A DNA stretch of 64,000 bases, from contig NC_081365.1 in the NCBI RefSeq assembly GCF_030684315.1, forward strand, positions 39,702,985 to 39,766,984, read 5' to 3'. The DNA is from Stegostoma tigrinum. Its lineage: Eukaryota. How positions within the stretch are numbered: position 1 is the stretch's first letter; every line of letters begins with the position of its first letter. Below, piece after piece: positions 13,005 to 24,479 of this stretch. The notes beneath the pieces were generated by a model. It saw nothing but the letters and a program-made list of their open reading frames with translations, had not been told where the DNA came from and searched no databases. Made by a program: the position numbers and the translations under genes.

Positions 13005-13427
13005 CCAGCTGCTGCACTTCGATCACTGCAACGTCTGTATTTTTTTCTTGAATCTGTTTCCATTTGGAGCCATCTTCTTTGACCCATTCTGCCGCTATGC
13101 AGGAGTAAACACCCCCATCCTCAGGTCGCAAACTGGTTATGATTAATTTGAAGGTATCATTTGTTTCTATTCCCATTCTAACATCACCACTCTGATACCT
13201 ATCCTTGTACAAGTCACCGGGTCGAATCCAACTGTCTTCAGTGAATGACAGAACATTTTGACTCTTGCTGCCATTCACTTTTAACTGCCATGTGACAGAG
13301 ACACGAGTAGAAACAGATGAAGTTGTCTTCGCAACACACTGAAGTTCCAGTGATTTCCCTTCCACATAACTTGCAGGCTTTGCACTTCGGGACCTTCTCG
13401 GTGATACAGTCAGTCCATCTGGGATCA
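13005..13427 (-). CDS. PTGFRN: PTGFRN exon 3, Ig domain 2
   Basis: VIPDGLTV..LELQC..VTW..DGGVYSCIAAEWV (EWI-family motif). Acceptor TTCTTCTTCAG, donor G|GTATGC, 423 nt, phase 1/1. Confidence 0.95.
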
Positions 13428-15241
13428 CTGAAGAAGAATGCATACGGGTTACTAACAAAATCAAACGAAAAGATGCTTGACAGGAGTAGTTATCAAACTA
13501 GAACCAAGAGCTTTACCTGATCGCTTACAATAACAATGCCTTATTTCAATACGAGTTTCAGTTCTAATTTTATCTCCTTGTCAGGAGTATATCTGTCACC
13601 AACAACCCCACCCCCCAACGTAATTTGGCAAAATTTATTGGGTGAGCTCAATACAAATGTTGAAGTAAAAGAACAACAGAATTGTTTTACCATTTGATAA
13701 TTTGAACTTTAAATGTATGTGATAGATAGAGCAGACATTGTTGCTTCAAAGTGCACATTCTCTGCAACAATTCAATATGACGGCCTTCATTTAGTTTATG
13801 GCCAACCATTCCAGGTTTATTAACTTGAGAAGTCTTTAAGAGTTTGTTTTTTGACAGTGATCTTTAAACTCACCCCTTCTCAAAACCAACTGAATGGCAG
13901 TAGAGGCTTCTTTTTTCTGATTTCTCTCATTACCCATTTCCCACTTCTAATTTCTACATGCTACGATGCTGTCGTCATCCTAGTCAATCTCCCTGTATCT
14001 CCTCTGGCCGGTTCTTTCCTGAAGTAAGGCACCCAAACAGGCCAGAATTGTTAACTTGTATGAATCAATGGCAAGGCTTCAGGTTGAACACTATCTCTAT
14101 TTTTGTACTTTATACACTGTAGCCTGGAATGTAGAGTGTGGAACAAAGATTCTATAAACACTTTTCAAATTTCATTGATTTTATGTTTCTGAACTCACTT
14201 AAAAGAACCATTCTACACAGCTAAACCGATTATGGGAACTGGCAGCTTCCCAACACCTTTGCAAGGATATCAGATGGATTGTTTAGCATTCCCAAACCGA
14301 CAAGTAACAACAAAGCCTACTGTCAATAATTGTGAAACAACATTACAGGACAAAAATACTTAACGATTCATCTAGTTATTAACATGAACCCTCTGAATAC
14401 TCCCTGAAGCAGGGTCTCTTCTACCACTCTAAGGGGGTAGACAACATAAAAACAGAAGTTATTAGACCCTCATCAAGTCTCCCCTGTCCAGACTACATAC
14501 TATTGAAAAGCAACAGTTAATTTCCCTGGACAATGTTGGTCATGTCTCTATCACTACTCAATCATAAAATCTGCCATTGAACTATGGCATTGATTTTTTG
14601 CAACTTCCATTAATTACTATTTCAATTAAAATGACAGCACTAACGCTTTCTCACTTGAAATCTTACGACATATTTGTTATTCTACAATTGAATAAACATA
14701 GGCCAGTGTGCCAAGGCAATCCATATTTGGGACAGGGTGTAGAGGCAAAAAATGTAAATTGTAATATTTACAAATACTTTCAAGAGGGTGTCAAATTAAG
14801 TACAACGGTTAGCAATGGAACCCCTTTTCTTGAGGGGAGGGGAGGGAGGTGGACAGGGAAGAATAAAGGCCCAGTTTTCCTTTTCTTCTGCTCAGTAGCC
14901 AGGAACAGCTATCAGAAAAGCTGCATGCATTTGCACATTTACAAGAAAAGGCAAAAAGCTATGAATAAGCTGGAATAATTACAATAAAAAAAATTTCCAC
15001 AGCTGAACAACCTACTCTTGCTTCTGGTCACGAGTTGGTACTTGACTGAAATAGCAGTTAGCTGCTAGAATCATAACCAGCAACAGGCAGAAAATTTAGG
15101 GGAAAAAGGAAGGAAAAAAGTAGAAAAATTAATATGTTGCTTCAAGTTAGGAAGTAATGTAAATACAAATGCAATCAATTTGTAAAACTTGTATCCACTG
15201 AAAATTAAAATAGCAGTTAACACAGCCTTTACAAAACCTAC

Positions 15242-15607
15242 CCTGCAAAAATACACTGTCATCATAATTTCCAGAACTATTTTCGTCTGTGCTAGGGGTC
15301 TGGCATTGATACCTCCCATCATCCTCAAACTGGACACTCTTGAAGTGCAGCTCAACAGAGTTGTCACTAAGTCTCTTCACCCAAATATCCTTCTTCTGGA
15401 TTTTCTCTTTGTATTCAGCATCCGAAAATTCAGGTTCCAGCGTGCTGACAATCCTGAAGTGTTTGTTTACGCGGTTCACAGACCAATCAAAGTTCTGTTC
15501 AGCTGGTCCTTGATAATCACTGACGTTACAGGGAATGCTGACTGGAGTTCCAACAACACGGTACAGGCGGCCCGATGGGACTTTGACAACACGTCCCAAA
15601 ATCAGTC
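15242..15607 (-). CDS. PTGFRN: PTGFRN exon 2, Ig domain 1
   Basis: RVVKVPSGRLYRVVGTPVSIPCNVSDYQGPAEQNFDWS...YQCQTPSTD..GNYDDSV closely resembles the mammalian PTGFRN N-terminus as I recall it (RVVRVP..VIPCNVSDYDGPSEQNFDWS). Acceptor TTCTTGCAG, donor G|GTAGGT, 366 nt. Confidence 0.95.
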
Positions 15608-16747
15608 CTGCAAGAATAAAGGAAAATAACCAAACGTGAATGCCTCTCAATCCAGACAGAGAACAAAAAAAAGTCAAACAATGGGAGAAATCCCCACATC
15701 GTTAGAAACTTAAAAGTACACTTGCTGGTTCTACTGATTGCATTAAAATGTGACACGTGATTTCATCAAGTAGCATTTTCCACTGTGGGCAATGTTTTAA
15801 ATTTTGAGCCATCTGTTTCTCCATGCAAACTTCAAAACATAAATGAATGCATAAAACCACTGACCAATCTATCAGCTATTAAACGTAGTTATTTGGGAAT
15901 CCAGACATGAGCAATTGTATTATGGGCTAATAAGTGAGAAAGGGACACCTGCACTGTATTTGGCCTCAATATTCATTTACTTGACATACACATATACATC
16001 AAGACTTCTAACGTGAATAATGGCACTACAGAATGACACTAAAGCAAACATACAGAGCCATAATTTGACAGTGCATTTAAATGTCTGCTGTTAGCCCATC
16101 TTTCCTTCTTAACTGCCACAATCTTTTGTGGAAGTTGATTAAAAACACAAGTTCAATGTTACATCAAGGGAGATTGGGGTCAGTGTTTATTTGGTACTCC
16201 TGAAATCAGACTGAACAATTGTGAAATTAACCGCACAAAAAAAAAACAAAGGAAAATAGATTGGGTGAATTCAAAGTCAAATAAACCCCACAGATGGGGA
16301 AAGAAACATGGTTTATTTTATTTTCTCAATCCAAAAGGATAAAATAAGAAAAGGACATAAAATGGGATCATTTAAAATAAAAGTTCAACAAATAAAGCTT
16401 AAAGGAATGAGACTTCCAATTAGTTCATTTCTGCACCAAAGCTGACTGGCAGCATTTAAGGCTCATACATCTTTTAAAGGAATATTTTCAGCCTGCAAGA
16501 CTTAACCTTCGCCAGTGAATTCAGTGCATATCCAACACTAATGAAGCAACAAGCTATTCAATATATTTGAATTGCGAACCAGAGGGCAAAATAAAACTGA
16601 TCGTAGACACAAACATTTTGGACATGTTTTGAATTTCCACATTTCTCTGCTCATTCTCTTTGCCTGAAGTTGCGTGTTATTTTCATGTGAATAGTGAACT
16701 GTTGGCATCCATTGTCACAATAATTTGCTCAGAATCGGTGAATTTTT

Positions 16748-17095
16748 TTAAATTCATTCATTAATGGGATGAGGGTGTTGCTGCCTAGGCAGCATTTATT
16801 GCCCATCCCCAATTACCCAGAAGGCAATTTGGAGTCAAACACTTTGCTGTGGGCCTGGAACCACAAGTAGGCCAGACCCCATAAGAATGGCAGTTTCCTA
16901 CCAGGAAAAAGGACATCACTGAACCAGATGGGGTGTTCTGGAAATCAACAATAGATTCATGGCCATCATTAGACCTAGTTCCAAATATTTTATTGAATTC
17001 AAATCCCACCATTCACCATCTACTGAATCCCCGCATCATTATCTGGCTCTCTGGATTAACAGTCCAGCAATACGGCCACAATGCCATCACTTCCC
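16748..17095 (-). mobile_element. SINE family A
   Basis: Same head, body and tail. Confidence 0.8.
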
Positions 17096-17099
17096 CTTT

Positions 17100-17885
17100 A
17101 ATCAGAGCCACAGAACTGTTACTGTGCAGAAGGCAGCTATTCGCCCTGTTGTGTCTGCATCAGCTCTTTCGAGCATTTTGACTTGGCACCAAATTGTCAG
17201 TTTTTCTCCATTACTCTGCACTTTTATGTAATTTAGGAAAGACAGTGCCCTTTTTAATGCCGCAGTTGAGCTCACCACCAATCATTTCCAAGCAGAGCAT
17301 TCTAAGCACCGATCACTTACTGTGGGCAGGTTAATTCTTATTTTGCATTTGCTTCTTCAGCAAAACATTTTAAATCTGTCTAATTCTTGATCCTTTTACA
17401 AGCAGGAACAGTTTCTCCACATCCACTTTTCCCAAATCACACTCAATTTTGCAAATGTCAGCTAAATCTCCCCTTAGCCTTCTCCATTAAATAGGAAATT
17501 ACATCTTGACTTCTTCGTAACTGAGGATCCTTATCCTTGGAACCATTCTCACCCCAAAGCATTCCTGCCCTTGCTCTGCAGCACCCAGAACTCCAGAGGT
17601 CAAACCAGGGTCTTAAATTCAGCATAACTTTGCTGCTTTTATACTTTATGCCGCTATTAATGAGGTCTAAAATATTGCATACTTAAACATCACTCTCTAC
17701 ATGTATCACCTATAACGACTTATTTAAATGTTCACTCGGGTCTCTGTATCCCGGCACATCATTAAGAATATTAAATCAAGCTTTAGGCTAGATAATCTGT
17801 GTTCTTTGTGCCAAAATATATCCACGTTAAACTTCATCTGCCACATAACAATCATATTGGTAAAGTGACAAGCATTGCACTGTCC
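17100..17885 (-). mobile_element. Highly degraded CR1-type 3' fragment
   Basis: Patchy similarity to the other CR1 3' ends. Confidence 0.45.
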
Positions 17886-18014
17886 TCACAGTTTAGATCT
17901 TAAGTAACTTCCTTAGGGATTAAGCTTTCCTAGACTCAAAATAGGAATTTGTCGTCAGTCCCAACAGCACATCAGAAACATTTTAGGATGTGCCTCCAGC
18001 AGGGTGTCTTTATC

Positions 18015-18153
18015 AAATAAAAGCTGAAAGAGCTGCAGATGCTGTAAATCAGGAACAAAAACAAAAAAGTTACCAGAAAAGCTCAGCAGGTCTGGCAGCA
18101 TCTGTGAAGGAAAAAACAGTTAACATTTCGGGTCCAGTGACCATGCCTCAGAA
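18015..18153 (-). mobile_element. PLE terminus fragment (family 2) with decayed hammerhead
   Basis: Homologous to the left part of the 19261-19552 element; core mutated (CUGAGGC...CCCGAAAUGUU). Confidence 0.7.
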
Positions 18154-19260
18154 TAAGGTATCTTTAACTGCTGTCCAAATGCTTAAGGTAACAGAAAAGA
18201 ACTAGGACCTCTGTAGAAAGATCAAAAAGATCCAACTGATGTTTACTGAACTCACCTGATATAAACAAATATTACATGCACAAACACCTCCATGTCTGGG
18301 CTCAAATTAAGCTATTTGGTTACAAGTAGCAGTATTGCTTACCAGATGTTAAAGCGTACGATCAAAATGATGCAAATTGAAATGTGTTCCTCCCTAAAGT
18401 ATACACAGAATGATAGAGAGACCAGGTTTATGAACTAAACATTAACAGTGTGGATATCCATCAACTATTCTACATAAAGCACTGTACTGAAGTTAGCCTG
18501 CAGACAGATATCAAAGAAAAAGGGTCAGTTCCACCTTCCTCCTCCTTGGTTTCAGGAACCTGAATTCCAGAGTCAAAAAACTTGCAGAATCCAAATGTTA
18601 TTTCAAACCACCAAAGGAACTCATTTATAAAAGCAAATTTCTCAAGATTGTTGAAGTTATATTAGACTAGCCCTTAAGACACAGAGAAAACTACTTGAAA
18701 AGAACGTTATATTAAAAAAAAACAAAATGGGAACAAAAGGAGAAAAATTGGATTAAAAATTGAATTAAATTGGTCCTTTTTAGACAAATGCAGTAGGATG
18801 AATACCTATTTCTGTGCAGTGAATTCAGCAATTCTACAGCTCTGCACAAGATACAACTGGGAATATACACATTAATTTATTAATAAATCCACAAGGTTGG
18901 ATTTAAGTGAAGAAAGAAACATTCGACACAATTGACTGCATCATTCTAGATACCAATTCTTCTACCAAATATCCTGCCATACAATAACCCTGATGTAGTA
19001 GGAATGCTCTGCTGTCTGTCTGAAATTAGTCAGTATTCTTTAGAAAGCACAGCTATTTTCTGAAGCTGGCAACCATGATGCTACACCATCCAGTAATGGC
19101 CAAGCCACTTTTCCAGAATTATTTATCCATACAAACTATAGAGAAACTGGCAGACTGCAAGATCTTATTTTGAATAACAGAAGACAGACAGGACCAATTC
19201 AGAGTTAAAATACTGCTTTCTGAAAGCTGTTAATGTTGGTAAATAACAGCTTATCTTAAT

Positions 19261-19552
19261 AAAAACCTAAAGAAAGGCAGATGCTGTAATTCAGGAACAA
19301 AAACACAGTTGCTGGAAAAGCTTAGCAGGTCTGGCAGCATCTGTGAAGGGGAAAAACAGAGTTAACATTTCGGGACCGGTGACCCTTCCTCAGAACCCAG
19401 ACCCGAAACATTGAAGGGGAAAAACAGAGTTAATGTTTCGGGTCTGGGTTCTGAGGAAGGGTCACCGGTCCCGAAATGTTAACTCTGTTTTTCCCCTTCA
19501 CAGATGCTGCCAGACCTGCTAAGCTTTTCCAGCAACTTTGTTTTTGTTCCTG
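19261..19552. mobile_element. ORF-less palindromic PLE derivative (family 2) with two hammerhead motifs
   Basis: 123-bp arms 19290-19412 and 19432-19554, nearly perfect. CUGAGGA-A-GGG..CCC-GAAAUGUU on both strands. TSD aacagcttat(c/t)ttaat at 19245-19260 and 19553-19568. Confidence 0.85.
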
Positions 19553-19765
19553 AACAGCTTATTTTAATCCAGTTACGTTATCTTAGCTTTCTTAGTGGCC
19601 AGGGCAGGTTTTCATAATAAAAGTCATATTTTTATTACAATCAAACCTTCTGTAAAAAGGTAAATGTTAAGCAATTCCTTGTGAATTGGATAAGCAAACA
19701 AAACAAAAATAGTAGCCCTTGCACCTCTTGTAAGCAAAGTAGCAATAGTGCACAGATATTGGCTT

Positions 19766-20395
19766 TAGAACATAGAACATAGAACATAGAACAATACAGC
19801 ACAGAACAGGCCCTTCGGCCCTCGATGTTGCGCCGACCTGAGAACTAATCTAAGCCCCTCCCACTACACTATCCCATCATCATCCATATGCTTATCCAAG
19901 GACTGTTTAAATGCCCCTAATGTGGCTGAGTTAACTACATAGGCAGGCAGGGCATTCCATGCCCTTACCACTCTCTGAGTAAAGAACCTGCCTCTGACAT
20001 CTGTCTTAAATCTATCACCCCTCAATTTGCAGCTATGCTCCCTTGTACAAGCTGAAGTCCTCATCCTTGGAAAAAGACTCTCACTGTCCACCCTGTCTAA
20101 TCCTCTGATCATCTTGTATGTCTCTATTAAATTCCCTCTTAGCCTGCTTCTCTCCAATGAGAACAGACCCAAATCCCTCAGCCTTTCTTCATAGGGCCTG
20201 TGCTCCAGACCAGGCAACATCCTGGTAAATCTCCTCTGCACCTTTTCCAATGTTTCCACATCCTTCCTGCAATGGGGCGACCAGAACTGCACGCAATATT
20301 CCAAATGAGGCCACACTAGCGTTTTGTACAGTTGAAGCATGACATCACGGCTCTGGAACTCAATCCCTCTACCAATAAAACCTAAGACACTGTAC
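19766..20395 (-). mobile_element. CR1 LINE 3' end
   Basis: 177-aa ORF (PHLEYCVQFWSP..RFFTQRVVRAWNALP) and (catagaa)n tail. Confidence 0.92.
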
Positions 20396-21280
20396 AAAGT
20401 ATTTGTTTAGTATCTTCCCCCAGCTCCACACATAGGCAGCCTTGTTCATCTTTAAAGGGGCCGTATTGTCTCCCTAATTATTCTTCTGTCCTTAGCGTAC
20501 TTGGAGCATCCCTTTATTTCTCCCTAACCCGATTTGTCAAAGCTATTTCATGTTCCCTTATTCTTAGGTATCGAAGATCTCCCTACATATTTGCTTCTCA
20601 ATTTCCCCACTGGCTACTGAGGGGGTCTATAATACAATCCCAGTTAGGTGACCAAGCTTTTTTTATTTCTCAGTTCCACCCAAATAACTTCACTGGACAT
20701 CCTCCCAGAAATATCCTCCTTAAGTACAGCTGTAATGTTATCCTTAACAAAAAAAACACCACTCCCCACCGCCTCCTTTTCTGTTTACCATCTCCTCCAC
20801 TCCCTATAGTATCTATACCCTGGAACATTAAGCTGCCAGTCCTGTCCCTCCCTGAGCCATGTTTCTACAAAAACAATGATATCCCAGTCCCAACCTGAGG
20901 GTGCTGATACATTGCTCATTTGCATCCTGGGAGTGGGCTTCACAGTCAGCACAGGCATGAAGGGTATCATAGAAAAACGTGGTGTTAAGGAATGGGTCAG
21001 CCCAAACATTACATTACTGTAACCATAATAAAGAAAAGAGAGGAGACAGAACATTGTGAAAGGAAGGTCGACAGCCAGTGCAAGCCTAAACAACTTCCAG
21101 AAACTTTACAGTTGATATTATAATTGTAAATTACAAAGGAATAAAGGCTTGGCAGGAGAGCTCCAAATTGTAGTCTGTTCCTCTTGCTTGATGTGGGAAG
21201 CCAGGCATTTCCAGTGCCCATGAGCTGCATGCGTATACTGTGTCCAGCTGCAGCTCTTGGAAGCCCGAGTTTCTTAGTGC
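20396..21280. mobile_element. Older CR1 pieces: APE endonuclease (-, ~20400-20895) and 5'/ORF1 fragment (+, ~20915-21280)
   Basis: WDIIVFVETWLREGQDWQLNVPGY on minus; SCLMWE..CVQLQLLEARV on plus. Confidence 0.6.
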
Positions 21281-21419
21281 AATTTCCCCGAATGGCCTTT
21301 ATACTTAAAACAAAAACAGCTAGAATGAACATTATAGATACATATCATTACAGCAGATAGTTCAGCCTACAAAAAATTTTTTAAGAACGAATGACACCAA
21401 CGCCAGTGATGTCCTTTTT

Positions 21420-21772
21420 TCTTTATTCATTCGCGGGATGAAGGTGCCACCAGCTAGGCAGCATCTATTGTCCATCCCTAATTGCCCAGATGGTAGCTAA
21501 GAGTCAAACACATTGCTGTGGGTCTGGAATCACATGTAGGCCAGGCCAGATAAGGATGGCAGTTTCCTTCTTTAAGGGGGATGAGCGAACCAGATGGGTT
21601 TTTCCTGACAATCGACATGAGATTCACTGTCATTAGATTGTTAATTCCAGAGATTTATTGAATTCAAATTCCACCATCTGCCCTGGTGGGATTTGAACCT
21701 GGGTCCCCAGAACATTATCTGGGTGTCTGGATTAACAGTCCAGCAATAATACCACTAGGCCATCACTTCCCT
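21420..21772 (-). mobile_element. SINE family A, full length
   Basis: Reverse complement of the 8662-9012 type. Confidence 0.85.
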
Positions 21773-23783
21773 TATGGAGACAAGGGATGTAAAAATAAAT
21801 GATGAGGTTATCTGGGAAAAAAAAAGGAACAGTAGCCTCATGTCCCATTGCTGATATCAACTAGTCCACCAGCGTTTGGTTTCATGAAAACAAAGCAAAG
21901 CAGTCAGGTAGTGACTTGACAAAGATGCAATGCTGTACATGAGAAACCTCTACAATTGTAATTTTTGGACTGAGCAAGCTGGAGCCCTGCACTCAGGAGT
22001 CCAGCATAAAAAGGTGCTATTCTGCCTGAAGAGGATCCTGTTGTCAAGGTCCTTATATTTGACCCCAGGTGGAAAACTGCTTTTCCTCACTTCAAAATAC
22101 CAGCCTAAGCCATCTGGGCTGTGACACACTTTTGATGACCCAAACGGAATCACAAATGACAGATGTGACCAAAATAAGGAATTCCTAAAAAACGACAACG
22201 ATAAATGCATTCTAAAAAGATGACCGAGTTGGTGGTTTGCTATTACTTTGGCTATGTCAATTGACAAAGTTTTAGCCACACCATAAAAACGGAACTGGCA
22301 GCATTTATTCTAATGTAAAGCCAGACTGAGCCTGGCAACTGAGTCAATGAACCAAACAGCCACATGAATCAATTATTCCACTTTTTCATACCACCGCATT
22401 GGGGATCATTGTAATATGGAACAGGGAGTGGCAAACTACAAAGATATTTCCAGTCATGACAATCCTGGAGTATCAGAGTTCATCTGGATCTTAAATGGAA
22501 AACTTTGGTCCAACGTAATCACTTTCTTCTGCCTTCACATCAACCACAGAATTGGTTCTGCTTATGACAAAAACTATGACTGGTTTGCCTTCAAGCTCAA
22601 GTAACATAAAAGATAATCAGAGTCCTATTAGGTTTTCTGTAGACAGGTAGTTCAATTGCCTGCAAACTCCTACAGGTTAATACTGAATCAGAGTCCGAGT
22701 GTACTCTATCGATTGTAAAGCTATTCTGTTTAATATTCAGGGTCAAAATTCGACCCGTGGTCCTTTATCAAGAACAATTTTTTTCGTCACTTATATGAAA
22801 CAGAATTCTACCATAAGACCACAAAAACATCTGGTACAAATATGGACTGGTAGAATACTTTAAACTAATTTAATATGGACTTGAGTCACATTATGACTAC
22901 CATCACATACATAATTTCCCCATTATGCCCCATAACTCCCAAATGTTCCAGTCAGAGTCCCATATTGAAAATAGTGGTTACCCAAAAGTGTACACTGGTG
23001 ACTACAGTGAGAGGGGGGAAAAAAAATGGTGACATTAGATGAGAGGTCAACAATTAAAATAGTATGCTTGCATTGCTCCTTCCGTGCCTTCGTGTTTGTA
23101 TTTAAAAAGTCTACACACCGTAAGCAAAAGAACAAGTGTAAATTGAGAGCAAAAAATTCACAAACATTGCTGGCAGATCATTTGTACAATATGTAACTGT
23201 TAGTGAGTCACAATGGCATTTTAACTAATTATAAAACTCATTGTTAGCAGAAAGAAAGAAAAAAAAATCAGGCATATTTAGTCATTAAATGGCAATGAGA
23301 CTAATGGTCTGAAACTGAAAACATACATAAAAGGGAATGTCTTTTATTTGAGAAAGAGAGTCATACTTGTATCAAGTGCCAATTTTGCCACATTAAAATG
23401 ATGCAACAAATTCAAAGAAACCAACATATGCATCAACAGTACAGGACATTTAAAATAACCTCCAGCAACTGAAACATTAATTCTCTCCATACTGAATCTA
23501 GTGATGTCATAAACTGAAAGTAAGTGTGTTGTGGTATCCATCTATTGCATAGGCCAGACTACATCTCACACGTTTACTTGTCATGACATTAAAACAGAAA
23601 GCTTCAAAATCTGCCCTAATAGGTAAAAGCTATTAATCATATCTTCATTTAAATTTCCTGAATAGTGTAATTTTGTACCAGAGAGCAGCTGGAATAGAAA
23701 ATCGCAAACAATTGATGCACTGAATTATCCAGATAGAGGATACGATCACATCCTGCTTTCTAAAATGATGCATTTGTGTACTG

Positions 23784-23989
23784 AGATAATGGATTCTCCA
23801 GGATCTGCAGTTCCCAAGATAACAAAGTGTGAAGCTGGATGAACACAGCAGGCCATGCAGCATCTCAGGAGCACAAAAGCTGACGTTTCGGGCCTAGACC
23901 CTTCATCAGAGCTCTTTTGCGTCAGCTTTTGTGCTCCTGAGATGCTGCTTGGCCTGCTGTGTTCATCCAGCTTCACACTGTTATCTTGG
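23784..23989. mobile_element. ORF-less palindromic PLE derivative (family 1)
   Basis: Arms ~23815-23885 and ~23920-23989. TSD atttgtgtac at 23772-23781 and 23990-23999. Confidence 0.85.
23882..23909 (-). ncRNA. Hammerhead ribozyme motif, intact core with extended stem I
   Basis: AAGAGCU-CUGAUGA-AGGGUCUAGGCCC-GAAACGUC-AGCUUUU on the PTGFRN sense strand. Confidence 0.75.
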
Positions 23990-24133
23990 ATTTGTGTACA
24001 GGTGCTTTTATTAATCCAAGAACTTTACGGTTCCTAAACATGTCCACAACTATACTTCGTGTAGTCATGAGAATCTTTTCTTGTCCATTGAAGTGGTTTT
24101 CTTTGACATATCTAGATGTTGAAGTAACTCTTG

Positions 24134-24156
24134 CCCCCCCCCCCCCCCCCCCCCCC
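24134..24156. repeat. C23 homopolymer
   Basis: Direct count. Confidence 0.9.
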
Positions 24157-24479
24157 ACCCTGCAAAATGCCTGACTGCCGAGTCCATTACACAACATTAG
24201 GATTTTACCCAAGGTAAGGATGAGATGACTACCTTCACAGTATGCACCTACATGCAGGGTGCACATGACTACAGCAGACTAGGACCAACACATGTAACGT
24301 TTGTACTTCAATCCAAACATGGTGCTCTTGATATAAAGAACAATTGCACGCATGTACATTTTTAGTAGCTCCACAGTTACGCTGTTCGTAGGCATTAGCA
24401 GGTCATGACATTTTTTCTGTGCATGAACTGCACAGGGTTTTTAAATTGTACTAGTTCTTGTTTGCACGTTCTTGTTGGT

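Noticed and set aside
15608-15677. Hydrophobic N-terminus of ORF 15147-15677 as a signal peptide
   Set aside because: It is the intron's pyrimidine tract read through with a non-ATG start; a clear acceptor lies at 15608.
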